Positions 12,831-25,497 are shown, counted from the stretch's first letter. The stretch is DNA of 64,000 bases from Eledone cirrhosa (GCA_964016885.1 OZ024741.1:58404001-58468000), one strand, 5' to 3'. The notes: a model not told the origin generated them from the sequence alone. Made by a program: numbers and translations.

Positions 12831-13488
12831 ATTTTTCTTGTTTCATTCTCCCCTTATCGCTCTCCCCTCCTCTCTCTCTCTTTCTCTAAGAAGAAGAAAT
12901 TGGATGTGTTTAGATATAGAGAGAGATGGACACCATTCAGTTGAACACTTTCAATGCCAACCTGGAACAAAACCACTCATTTAAAGGATTTCTGTATAGA
13001 ATAATACCTTCCAACATAAGTTTATATAAGAACCTTTTAAATTATATTAAATACAATCTTAATAATAAAATAATTATGATTTTAGTAAATCCTTCCAAAT
13101 TCTTCATTGATTAAATGGAACACTGTTGTATTTCATTAGAAATATGGTCACTAAATGGTTAAATGTTATGGTGTTCTTTATGAGTTGAGGCCCATGCCCA
13201 TGAGAAAGAAGCAAAATTAATTATAGGACAGATGGGAACAAATTTAAGATTGAGAAAATGTGGGAAAGTTTGAAGATGACGAAAATACATATATAAAATA
13301 TATAAAATTATTAATAAAACGACAAAATTGAGGGGGAAATAAATAAATAGATAATAAAAAGTTGAGTGAGCATAAATATTCATATTTCTGCTTCAGAGAG
13401 TAACCTAGTGAACAGAATCTAGATTACAAAGGACAGCCTGTTTCTAATTCTAATTTTTGAAATCAATATTTACACAAGGAAATGTAAA

Positions 13489-13495
<7 letters not shown>

Positions 13496-13531
<36 letters not shown>

Positions 13532-13684
13532 GGTGTGTGCACGCGTTTGTGTGTATATATTATATAAAGAGAAATATATATATATAAACGTATATATACA
13601 TATATATATAAACATAATATACATATATATATATAATATATGTATATTATGTTTATATATATATGTTTATATATATATATATAT
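13496..13684. repeat. (TA)n/(TG)n compound microsatellite
   Basis: Directly visible; similar tracts at ~3063, 11229, 33450, 44440, 46390, 50830. Confidence 0.95.
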
Positions 13685-16069
13685 TTCTCTTTGAATAAAC
13701 ATTTTTCATTTCCAAAATAAACAGGATGAACAACCCCAAAAAAATCTTGTTTAAAATGGCAAAAGAAATATTGAATATATTTGCCCATCCACTTGTAAAT
13801 ATTTTCAGATAAAAAAGAATTAAAAAGTAAATAGGTAAATAAAACCAAAACTAAACGGAATTTTATTAAAACTGTATCCGCCCAAGATTGTACCAGAGTC
13901 AAAAATATACCCCCCCCCCCAAAAAAAAAGAAAGCTAACAAACAAAACTCATTTTAAAATATTTTCTTTTGAAATTCTTTTATCTTTTAACTGGTTCCTC
14001 AGTCATTAAACAGTGGCCATGCTGGGACACTGCCTTGATTTTGTCAACCATATCAACCCCAGTACTTATATTTTCAAGTCTGCTATTTATTATATTGATC
14101 TCATTATTTTTGACACACCCTTAAGTTACAAAACACAAACACACCGAGACAAATATAAACATACATCCACACGCATATATACAGTGGGCTTCTGCAATTT
14201 CCACCTTCCAAATTCCACTCATGAGGCAAATAGTCAACCCAAGGCTATAGTAGAAGACTTGCTCAAGGTGCTGCACAGCAGGACTGAACCCAAAACTATG
14301 TTGTTGCAAAGAAAATTTATTAATCAGTCATCATTCAATTAATTTTTTTACTTTTTCTTTTTCTTCTTTTCTGATATTTTTAAAGAATTTTGTGGAATTT
14401 GATCACTTTTGTTTGATTGATTTTATTTTTATCAATTTATTTGTTTTCCAATCAAGATTTTTATAAACTGTGTTTGTGAAATGATAAAAGATAAAAATAT
14501 GCCCTTCAAAAAATAAAAATAAAAAATACTCTCAATACTTAAATAATTTTTGAAAAAACTTTAATTTCTTTTATATTTTCTGCAATATATGCACAAAAAC
14601 GAATATATGCAATATACTTTTATAAAGGTTTTAAAAAATTCATGTTCACGATCATTCTCTACAATTTTTTTTTTTAAATTAAAGTGAAAATAGCATAAAC
14701 CTTAAAAAAAAAAATTACTAATTACTTTATTTAACAGAAAATGCAATTTTAAAATATCTTTCCAAAATCTTGACCTCAATTTTTTCGTATAAATACTATA
14801 CAATATCTAACTATTTTTTTTTAGTATAAATATTATACAGTATCTATTTTTTTTAGCATACATATACAATATGAAACTATATTTTAATCAATCTGATCTC
14901 TGACAATTATCAGTCATATTTCTGAATAGGTGCATAGATCTAGCTTGGATTTGCATTAGGAATCTTTCTTTCTAAACTAAGGTTAGTGATGCCTTATCCA
15001 CCATTTCCCTTCGAGCTATGCAAATCAAAATATTGTTGTGCACATATGGAAATGTTGCTACACACATTAAAATGTAGCCACATTCATACACACATCAAAA
15101 TGTTGCTGTGCTTTAGCTTTGAATTTAAAATATTTTTGTTCAAAGCAACAAAACTTTTGATCAACAGTTGAGAAAATTTAAAGAAAACATTGATTAAAGA
15201 TGAAAAAAATATTGTAACTATTTATTTTTAAAATGTGAGATATTGAAATTTATAGTTTTGATCCTTTTGATACTAAACCACCCAATCTATGAAACAAGGC
15301 TACATGTTTTAACGGGTTCCTATATAGATTAGAATCTTCCAACATAATTTTATGACAACTATGTATTAAGTACTATCTTAATAATTGTTGATAATTTTAG
15401 TAATCCCTCAAATTATTTTATTTTAATAAAAATAAATCCTTCAAAATTCTTCATTAATTAATTGAAATGGAAGGTGTATCATTAAAAATGTGGTCATGAA
15501 AGGGTTAATAGAATTTTCAAACTAAAAATAAATATAAGCAACAAAGGTATCCAAATCTTTACATGGGAATTTGTTATATTATTTTACCAAGCAATCAAGG
15601 GTAAATAGATGAATTTTAGGATGGCTGGATTCCTGCTACATAGACAAAAGAATTTGTTTTTCCAAGTAATGATCATGTTTACAAATCAGACAATAAATAC
15701 AGTGATAAGCAGATAATTATCAGCTCCTTATATGGGTCAAGACAACATTAAGAGGCTACTTAAAACAATGAAAAAACATTAAGATATCACTGCCAGAATA
15801 TATTGATTTTAGAATAGATGTTCAAGAGATTTCTGAATACAGTTAAAGTATTATTAAGTAAAGAGAAAATACAAACATGTTGTATGTACTTATAGATAAG
15901 TTTTTTTTTTACTTTGTGAAAAGAGAAAAATCTGGCATGAAATGTCACATGTGACTTATCTATTGAATCTTGCTCTGGGCTTGAAATAATGAAACCAAAA
16001 TATTGTACACAGAAAATAGGGTTTAACTTATCTACCAAACTTTGCTTTAAGCCTGAAACATTAAATAAT

Positions 16070-16249
16070 TGTTTCTACTTTTGGCACAAGGCCAGCAATT
16101 ACCCAGTGCATTAGTGGTATTTTATTTTATCGACCCCATAAGGATGAAAGGCAAAGTTAATCTTGGCGGGATTTGAACTCAGAATGGCAAGGGCCATAAC
16201 TCTATGCGTCAAAGCAAGGTGTCCGACCCTCTACCGATATTGCCAATCC
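16070..16249 (-). mobile_element. Second tRNA-like SINE family with 12-bp TSD; other copies ~41938-42055 (-), 56565-56728 (+), 59957-60110 (-)
   Basis: ACATTAAATAAT flanks both sides (16058-16069, 16250-16261); B-box GAGTTCAAATCC; core TTTGCCTTTCATCCTTA.GGGGTCGATAAAATAAA.TACC. Confidence 0.85.
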
Positions 16250-16477
16250 ACATTAAATAATGAAGTCAAAATACCATAAACAAACCATCTTCCACTGCCA
16301 CTTATATACAAGTATATATGATAAATGTTAGAATCTTAAAACATTGATCCAACACGAAGTTAATTTTGCGTATATAACATTATGCAATACTGAATAATTA
16401 CAACTGGTTTTAGAATAGAAGCATGACATTGGAGGAAATTAAAATGGCTGGCAACATGAAGAACATGTAGCCAGAAA

Positions 16478-16622
16478 ACACTGCCTCAGAAAACCTGTCT
16501 AACTAAACCACTAACTGTAAGTGATCAGCATGATCTATATATCACTATGACACATAGATCATGCTGATCAATTATAGTTAGTGACATGTAGATCATATTA
16601 GACAGGTTTTCTGAGGCAGTGT
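16478..16622. repeat. Long inverted repeat / fold-back hairpin
   Basis: Perfect 25-bp outer arms ACACTGCCTCAGAAAACCTGTCTAA / TTAGACAGGTTTTCTGAGGCAGTGT, plus ~30-bp inner arms with 2 differences. Confidence 0.9.
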
Positions 16623-16624
16623 AA

Positions 16625-16975
16625 CAACATAATACTGGAACACCTATCCTTTAACATTCCCAGGAAACCTATGAGATGTAAGCTCAAAGGAGCTACTCCA
16701 ATATAAGTATGAACTGTATCGACAACATGATAGTACTGGGGCTCCTATCATTATAAACACCCAAATGCAACTTCTTAGTTGTGAGCTGTAAATTTATGAT
16801 AGGAATGCCGCTCCTATAATTAAAGTACCTGAGAAACCATATATGCAACTTATAAGCAGGCCAGTTAACCCTGCTTAGATGCGAGCTATGATAGGACTAG
16901 GACCTCTATCCCTAAAATACCCAAGAAACCTATGTTGCAACTTCTTAGGTGATCAACAAAATCTGTTTAGATGTA
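16625..16975 (+). repeat. Degenerate ~90-bp tandem array (SINE-derived); larger array at ~27110-27590
   Basis: Recurring atgatag.actggg.ccctatcattaaa..acccaagaaacctatgagatgcaac unit. Confidence 0.65.
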
Positions 16976-17961
16976 AAATCAATTTTTTTTTTTTTTATTT
17001 CATCAAATTCTAAACCAATCTGATTCACATGGAATTGAAGCTTACATTCCAAATTTAGCAAGTGCAAACACTTACAGAATATTAGCAATAAGGTTATATA
17101 TAATAATTTTAAATTGTGAGATTTTTAAACAAACTAAATGTATTGATTCCATTAGAAGAAAGAATTGATCCTATTTGCTAATGGAAATGTCTCAGTCACT
17201 TTAAAATAAAATTTCTTTCAAAATTCCAGATTTAAGCATAAAATAACAAAATAGCAAAACACATTTATTGAAATATTTTATTTTGTATATTAGGTGTATA
17301 CATGTATATATTAACAGGTGTATACATGTGTATATGAACATGTGTATGCATGCTTATATTAGCATGTTCATGTGCACATAAACTTGCTCATGCATGTGCA
17401 TAAGCACATGTATATGAGAAAACTATTTTTTTTCACTTATTTTCCATTACTTGGTCCTTATGTTTTATTGTTTCAAGCAAAGTTTTTTTGGGGAAAACCT
17501 AGAGAATTCCGTCTGTAATCATTTTATGTTTTTTTTAGTTTCATAAATCTTTACAAATATTTATGAACTTTTCAATTTTCTACTTCTTTTGTCTTATTCC
17601 ATAAAAGTATTTCCTTCTTAGGTAAACTAAATACCAACTTCGTATTTTCATTGTTATAATGTGAAACTTTTCCTTTCACTTTTTCTTATATTTATTTACC
17701 ATTTCTTTTTATATTGTGAAAGTTTTTGATTAAACATTTATAAATATTTCTGGAGACTGTGCATACACACACAATTTATATATACTACCATAGTACCCTT
17801 CAAAAATGATAGAATTTATTGTAAAAATATTTAATTTAATAATTCCTTGATTATTAGATATTTGAATCCTCAGTTTTCCTTGACCTCTTCCTTTTTATCA
17901 TATATTTCATTTTACATTTATTTAAATCAATTACAATAATTTTCTTCCACTTTGTCTTTAA

Positions 17962-18191
17962 CCCTTTAGCATTTACATTACTCTATATATATACTATTAT
18001 ATTTTCACAGTAAAGGCTTTACCTCACATAATTATCTCACATAATATCGAACCTATGAGATTTTGATATTATTTATTTTGAGAACACTACCTTATAAGTA
18101 TGAGCGGCCGGTTACAGCTAGTTATGGCCGGTTTGAACAGAAAGAGATGAGAGAATTCTGGCCGGATATGGTTGGTTTAAATGCTAAAGGG
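17962..18191. mobile_element. piggyBac-like MITE family 1, intact, TTAA TSD
   Basis: TTAA|CCCTTTAGCATTTA ... TAAATGCTAAAGGG|TTAA, perfect 14-bp TIR; related copies at 742, ~18990 and ~35520. Confidence 0.9.
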
Positions 18192-18319
18192 TTAATCTTT
18201 ATCAAATGTATATCCCCTAAACTATGATGCCTTTGTTCTATCTATGTCTCTATCTGTCTATATATTTATGAATTACCGTGTGGGGTTTGGGAATTGTTGC
18301 TACTGTTGTTTTTGTCTGA

Positions 18320-18510
18320 AGGTAGATACATAAATAGATAACTATAGATTAACATTCAGGCAGACAGGAAGTGGTAGGTTGGTAGATAAGTAGATAGGCA
18401 GGTTCAGATTTAGATAAGTATATGTAGGTAGGTAGGTAGACAGTTATGTAGACAGATAGATGTTAGAACTATAGACTGAAGATAGAGACATAGGTAGGCA
18501 GCTATATATA
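18320..18510. repeat. Degenerate (TAGA/TAGG)n tetranucleotide repeat
   Basis: Directly visible. Confidence 0.75.
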
Positions 18511-19171
18511 GTTGTTGCATGACCACTGGATAACTTGTCAAAACTGTGTGAGAGAGATATGTAGGGAGGAAGAAATTAAATTATTATTTCCCTGTCAAAG
18601 TTAGAACAAAGTGGTTGTCAATTAGCTTTGTGTTTTCTTGTAAAGATAAGGTGGTTAGGTAAAACATCCAGCTACATAAGCCCTACCAAATATGGAAAAT
18701 AGAAGCAAGATGTCTCTGTAACCTGTCTAGTATCCGATTGTGACAACCTGTCCAACCAATGCTAGCAGCCAAAGTTCATATAAAATGGTGTGTGTATATA
18801 TATATATATATATGTGTGTGTGAGTGGCCTAGTGGTTAGGGTGTTGCACTCATGATAAAGATGTTGTAGGTTCAATTCCTGGCCTAAGCAGCACATTCTG
18901 TTCCAGAGCAAGATGCTTCATTTCACGATGCTTTTCATGTTATGACTGAGGGCCCTAGCATTAAATCACATAAGAAACCTCCTATAAGTTAAACTGGACA
19001 TATCCAGCCAGAATTTTCTCGCCTCTGTTCAAACTGGCCACTCATACTCAAATAAATAGCATCAAAATTTCAAAGATTTCATTTTATGTGAGATAAAGCC
19101 TTTACCACGAAAATATAATAGTATATATAAAGTAATGTAAATGCTAAAGTGTTAATGTCATATATATATAT

Positions 19172-19425
19172 ACACACGTGTGAGCAGTGCTTGAGCTTGA
19201 CTGATTTCCTCTGTGATCAAGGCAATGTCATCGGCGAAGTCTGTGTCAGTGACAACTTTTGGATGGTAACGACAGCTTCTCCTTCGATCCAATTTGAAAC
19301 CCAACCCTTCTTCCTTCCCATGAATGGCCTGTCTCATTGCATAATTAAGGACAGTTGCAAATAGGAAGGGTGCAAGCATGTTGCCTTGGAGAACACCTGC
19401 GAGAATCTCAAAGTAATCAGTGCTT
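19172..19425 (-). mobile_element. Internal RT fragment of RTE/RTEX-like LINE
   Basis: FEILAGVLQGNMLAPFLF ... TDTDFADDIAL (RT QG and FADD motifs). Confidence 0.85.
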
Positions 19426-20667
19426 CTCAACATCTCTTGGAAACAGAAGCTGACAAATAAGGAACTATACAGATCACTACCACCAGTCTCAAAAAAAAGT
19501 TGCCTGCAGACGAATAAAAAATATATATAAAAAAGTGATGAGTCCTTAACCTCTGGACTCATAGGGGAGCCACTCACCATCATTTAATATCTACTTTCCC
19601 TGCTAGCAAGAGTTGGATAGGTTTTCACAGACAAAGTCTGTACTAAATCGAGGTTTACATCTTGCTTACACATGGTTCCACTTTCTACTACATGCACTTT
19701 ATTGTGGCACTAGCACTGGAGGTTGTCATGTCTTTGACAACTGGAGAGTCCTCCCAACCCTTAGTTTGGCAAGCTTTCTATGGATGGATGCCATTTCTAT
19801 CACCAACAACTTTACAGTGTGAACAGGGTGCATTTATCATGTAGAACACCTAGTCAAAGGAGGTTGTCATGCCCTTGACACAACTGAAGGGCCCTCCCAA
19901 CCCTTTGTTTGGTCCTCTGTCTTGCATTTTAAACCTAGTGGGGCTCATCCCTCTCCAAGTCAGAACACAATCAATTTGTTTTAGAGAGAGAAAGGGAGAG
20001 AGAGGGGTAGGGAGAATGGACTGATACATTATTTACCGACCTTGAAAGGATGAAAGACAAAGTTGATCTCAACATAATTTGAACATAAAGCACAGTGAGA
20101 TAGAACAAATATTAAGGCATTTTTCATTCAATTCCTTAACAACCCTGCCAATTTGTCAACATATTAAATGCAAGGCTTTAACTCTTTTGTGACTGTATTT
20201 CTAATGAAATAAACTCTTTCAATTAACTGGTTAAAAATTTTGACAGATTCACTAAAATTATTTCATTACTAAAATTGCAACTTATATTAAATTGTTGGAA
20301 GATTTTAATTCAAATAGGAACCCTTTCCAAGGTTTTTTTTCTTATTTTGTTTTTCATAGAACTAAAGCCAGTTTTGGTCAGTTCAAAAGTGTTCATTTCC
20401 TCATAGCAAGCGAAGAGAACAGTAAAGCTATTATTGCTAATTGCCATCAAATTGGAATGCTTATTTTTAACAAAAAAATCTCTCAATATTAGTATAGAAA
20501 TGATTTAAATGTATCTTCCAGCGCTAAAGATAACATTGAGGGAGAGAGAGATTGACACAAATAGTTTCAAGATGGCTCTCTTAAATCACAATAAACCAGT
20601 AGATAGAACATTTTATTTCAACATTATGTATTATAAAAATAAAAACAGCTGAATTTATCAACGTTTT

Positions 20668-21165
20668 AATCATTATCATTTTAAATCTGCTTTCAATGTT
20701 TGGTCTGGGGTACAAGGAATATCACGTTTCAGGATTAGAGAAGTCATGACCACAGCTTACTCATTTTGGCATAGTTTCTATGGCTGGTTACTCTTCTTAA
20801 TGCCAACCATATCACAATGTGCCGTGAGTGTATTTTATTGTGGCACTACCAATTTACAGTGTGGGCTGGATACCTTTTATTGTGGCACCAGCACTACCGC
20901 TTGTTGAGTGTACTGAATATATTTTATTGTGGCACCAGCATTACCACATTTGAGTGATGTAGGTCTTATTTTGGCACAAGTACTATCATTTTACTAAGGG
21001 CATTTTATCATGACATCAACACTACCATTTTACAGGGTAGACTGGATGCATTTTATTGTAGCACAAGCACTACCTATTTATAGTATGGGTTGGGTACATT
21101 TTATCATGACACCAATACTTCTACTTTACAGTATGAGCTGGGTACTTTTTATTGTAGCACCAAAA
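20668..21165 (-). repeat. Old SINE with expanded ~44-bp minisatellite (~8 units); similar at ~32065-32310, 46850-47110, 57790-57980
   Basis: Repeated actacca.tttacagtgtg..ctgggtgcattttattgtggcaccagc units. Confidence 0.7.
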
Positions 21166-21721
21166 AATTTATGTATTTGAAGAAAGGGAAAAAAAGAGGT
21201 GAATTGATTGAAATTCTAATCGTTTATATATGTGATATTGTAGTGATGCTGTAAATCATCCATATGATTAGAAGAAAACTCTCACTGTTTCCAGCAACTG
21301 TCAATTACCATTCCCAGAGCTCTAACTGTTTGTAGATCTATGTTATTGATTCAGACCTTTGTTGTTGTTCAAAAGTAGCAGACCACTCTCCACAGAGACC
21401 ACTGAACACTAACTTATCTATTGCTTTCATATAATGGCTGAGATGAGGTTTTCTCTTAACCCATTCATTTCATATTTATTGCTGACCAACTGATCATCAT
21501 CATTGTCATTGTTTTAAGTCCATTTTCCATGCTAGCATGAGGTTGGATGGATTATCAGGTTCTGAGACTAGATAGTCCAGATAACCATGTCCTATTCCTG
21601 TTCTATTTTGTCATGGTATCTACAGCTGGATGTTACCCTTCCTAAAGAACATTTATCATATCCAAGAAAGAAAAGATAAATGCTGTCTTGAACAAGTGTC
21701 TTCTACTATAGCTTCAGGTTG

Positions 21722-24700
21722 ATCATCATCATCATCATCATCATCATCGTTTAACGTCCGTGTTCCACGCTTGCATGGGTTTGGATGGGAGTTTTCCCAC
21801 TTGAGGCAAGAGTGATTGTCTTGCTCGCATAGGACTGTCTGGCGGGTTTTCTACAGCTGGATGCCCTTCCTAACACCAACCAGATTTACAGTATGGGGCT
21901 GGGAGGTTTTTGCCGTGTTGCCTACACGGCCACATTACAGCGTGGACTGTGTTTTTTTGTCGTGACACCTACATGATCTCATTTGTTTCGGCCTGGATGT
22001 TGTGGCACCAACATAACTTTACATTGAAAGGGGCGGTGTGGATGGGGTGGGGGTGGTGGGACGGGGGTGTATTTTGTTAGAGATGCCTACTGACTGTAGT
22101 AGGTTTTACTTTGTATTTAGGTAAGGCGGGTCTTCTCTATTACTGAGTACCGCCAAAGGTCTCGGTCCCGTGACATTGTCTTGGAGAGGTGTAAGTGTGT
22201 GAGGTCGGAATTTATCAGCTCGTCCCAGGTTTTTCTGGGTCTGCCTACTCCGTAGCTACCGTCTATCTTTATTGCCCTGCACTTTGTTATACAGCTGTCG
22301 TCTTTCATGTGCATCACGTGACCATACCAACGTAGCCTTCTCTCGAGTAAACAACATCTGATCCCTCTTATTTCTAATTTTTTCCTTAGTTCGTTTATGC
22401 TTTGCCGTTCACGTATATTACTATTACACATCCAGCGGAGCATGCAAGCTTCGTTCCTCTCTAGTCTGCGTATATCCTCTGCACACAATGCCCAGGTCTC
22501 ACTGCCATGCAACATTGCTGTTCGTATGCAGGCATCATACAACCTGCCTTTCATTTTTAGGGAGAACCCTTTAGCGGCTAATAGTGGTATAAGCTCTCTG
22601 AACTTTTTCCATCCAGTTCTGACTCTAGCTACTGTACTTTCAGAGCACCCTCCACCACTGCTGATTTTGTCACCCAGGTAACGGAAGCTGTCCACTATTT
22701 CTATAGAACCCTCTGCGCAATTGAAAGAGCTAGTATTTTGTGGGCACTTGCTGCTACTTATTGCACCAGAGCACCGGTAAAATCTATGTTCTTAGTTAGC
22801 TTACCTGTGATCCCACTACATCTTTTATGCACCCATACTTTGCATTAGGGACATAAAATGGAGTTTCTACCTACGCCTTTCCTACATACTGAGCATGGCC
22901 ATTTCCCGGAAGGGACCGGCGCCTTATTTTCTTTCCTACAAACTAGAACTTTAGTCTTAGCCAGGTTAATTTTAAGGCCTTTTGATTCTAGGCCGTGCTT
23001 CCATGTTTGGAATTTCTTCTCTAGCCCGGCCATTGATTCAGCTATGAGCGTTAGATCATCTGCGTATAGGAGTTCCCATGGGCAGCCGGTCTTGAACTCC
23101 ACTGTTATAGCCTGAAGGGCAATAATAAATAGTAGGGGGCTAAGAACAGAGCCGTGATGAACGCCAACTTTTACGCTAAACTCTTCACTATATTCATTGT
23201 TAATTCTAACCTTGCTGACTGTTTCTTTATACATGGCTTGTATAGCTCTCGCAAGCCATTCGTCAACACCTAGTTTTCTAAGAGCCCACCAGATAATGGA
23301 ACGGGGGGACTCTGTCGAAGGCTTTCTCCAAGTCAACAAAAGCTAAGTATAGGGGTTTACTTTTAGCTAGGTACTTCTCCTGTAGTTGTCGTACAATGAA
23401 AAGAGCATCTGTGGTACTTTTGCCTGACACAAAACCGAACTGCATTTCATCTAGATCAATTCTCTCTCTGATTAGGTGCGCTATTACTTTTTCCGTGACC
23501 TTCATGACCTGGTCGATTAATTTAATGCCTCTATAGTTACTCCTATCTAGGGCATCTCCTTTACCCTTGTAACAATTAATGATGATGCTGCTACGCCAGT
23601 CCTTCGGAACAACCCCATTCTGTATGATTTGGTTTACTATCCGGGTGACCATGGTGTGTCCCACCGTTCCAGAGGCTTTCAGCATCTCAGCAACTATTTC
23701 CGAAGGCCCAGCCGCCTTACCCATCTTCATATCTTTGATTGCCTTACTTATTATACTACCTTCGACTAGGACTGCCGGTCCCTCTATTGGGTCGATGTGG
23801 GGGAGACTGTCTTTCTCCCATTTATTCTCCTCATTTAGAAGCCTTTCGTAGTGACACTTCCAAGCTATCTTCTTATCAGCGTCAGTGATGGCAAGTATGC
23901 CATCATTAAGTACACACTTCTCCCTGACAATATCACGGTTTTCCTTGACACATTGCCTAGCAATCCTGAACACTTCACGTTTTTGGTCCTCACGTTGTAG
24001 AACATGCTTGAACTTTGTTTCCTCTGCTTCCCTTCTTGCGAAGTACACTTGTCTCCTAGCTTCCCTCCTGGCCACTTGATAGTCTTCCCTACTTCTCCCA
24101 TCCCGCCATACTTTCCAAGCCTGCTTTTTGGCCTTAATTGACTTCTCCACCTTACTGTTCCACCACCATGTTACTCTTCTCCTACCTACAGGCCTGCTCC
24201 AGCCACAGACTTCGTCTGCCGCCGTCAGCAGGTTTGCTTTCAGGAATTCCCACTGTTCCTCTATATTATACGACTCTAATTGCTCTTCCTTACTGTCGAA
24301 AGCATCAAGTAACATGCTTTGAAATTTATTCCTGGCTGTGGGGTCCTTTAGCTTCCATATTTTTCTCCTGAGGATAGTCCTCTTCTGCTGTCGAGTACGT
24401 CTCGTCCTGACTATGAGGTCGCTAATTATCAGTCTATGTTGGGAGGTGCATTCTTCATGGGGGAGGGATTTAGTGTTTACAACAGACACTCTGTCACGTC
24501 TTCTGGTAAGGATATAATCTACCTGGCTTGTATGTTCCCCTGATCTGTAGGTGATCAAGTGATTGTCTCGTCTTTTGAAGTTAGTGTTACAGATAGTTAG
24601 GTTATTTGCGTCACAGAATTCCAGGATCCTGGAGCCTTCCTCATTTCTAGTACCAAACCCATAACCTCCATGGATTCCGTCATAGCCGTCACAATGTTGT

Positions 24701-25497
24701 CCAACGTGACCATTTAGGTCGCCTGCAATAATTATATAGTCACTGTCGGTTATTTGGGAGGTAGCGAGCATCAGTGTCTCATAGAATCTGTCTTTTAAAG
24801 TGCCGGGCATTTCGGATTGGGGCGCGTATGCCGATATTACTGTCACAGTAGTTCTATTGAGGACAAGTCTTATTTTAATTATTCTGTCGTTCACTCTATT
24901 TACGTCTATTATCTTATCTGCCCACTTTTCTGCTACCATGATTCCTACTCCACCCAGCCCATTGTCATTTCCCACCCAGAAAAGCTTATAGCATCGTTCT
25001 TTACCCACGATGAATCTAGCAGACCCTCCTCTCCACCTGGTCTCTTGAATACAACAAACATCGACCTCCTTACGTTCAAGCATTTCTACAACCTCGTTAG
25101 AGCGACCCTTTAAGGTGCCTACATTCAAAGTACCAACTCTGAAGTTTTGGATTGCGTTTGGAGGGTGGGGCGCGGGGGGGGGGGTTATGTTAGCTATCTG
25201 CGGCCGAAACAAGGAGGAGGAGTGCTTGCATTCTCGTCCACGAGGTGAATTTGACTTTATCTTTGGCATTGTCGCTGAGCGTCCAGATTTTTCTCTCTCT
25301 TCAACTCTCCAGAATTCTGTAGTCCATCCATCATATCGAAAGGCAACCAGGTAAGCGATAGTATAGGCCTCTGACTTATGATTGGTCCACGTAATAATGG
25401 TGATGCGTGGGGGCGGGAGGGAGGGATGTTGGGTAGTTAGCGAGAAGGTAAGGTTATAAATAAGATCCCCGTATTTTGGGCATAATTTAACAAGCAT
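21722..25497 (-). mobile_element. RTE-clade LINE, family A, near full length (~3.8 kb)
   Basis: APE endonuclease + RT ORF, ~390-bp 3' UTR, (ATG)n tail at 21722-21748; flanks join into one interrupted SINE. Confidence 0.95.
22117..25269 (-). pseudogene. RTE ORF: AP endonuclease - reverse transcriptase - PHD finger - C-terminal domain; about three lesions
   Basis: VGTLNV, CIQETRW, SAYAPQ, GDLNGH, SQVDY, HRL (APE); DLEKAFDRVP, GSVLSPLLF, YADD, FRYLG (RT); RLRWYGH, GRPRKTW. Frameshift ~23305, stop 22845, small deletion ~22778. Confidence 0.95.

Noticed and set aside
13495-13941. 148-aa ORF and similar short I/Y/C/V-rich ORFs across the window
   Set aside because: Translations of TA/TG microsatellites or SINE sequence; no domain motifs or splice context.
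17605-17627. Weaker AG|GT juxtapositions (17621 TAG|GTAAAC; ~34761 CAG|GTAAGA; ~36965 CAG|GTAACT; minus strand ~52640)
   Set aside because: Poor donor or poor pyrimidine tract; expected by chance in AT-rich DNA.
20805-21165. Regularly spaced ~44-bp repeats resembling a CRISPR array
   Set aside because: Units are contiguous and diverged with no unique spacers; they lie within a SINE in eukaryotic DNA with no cas genes.
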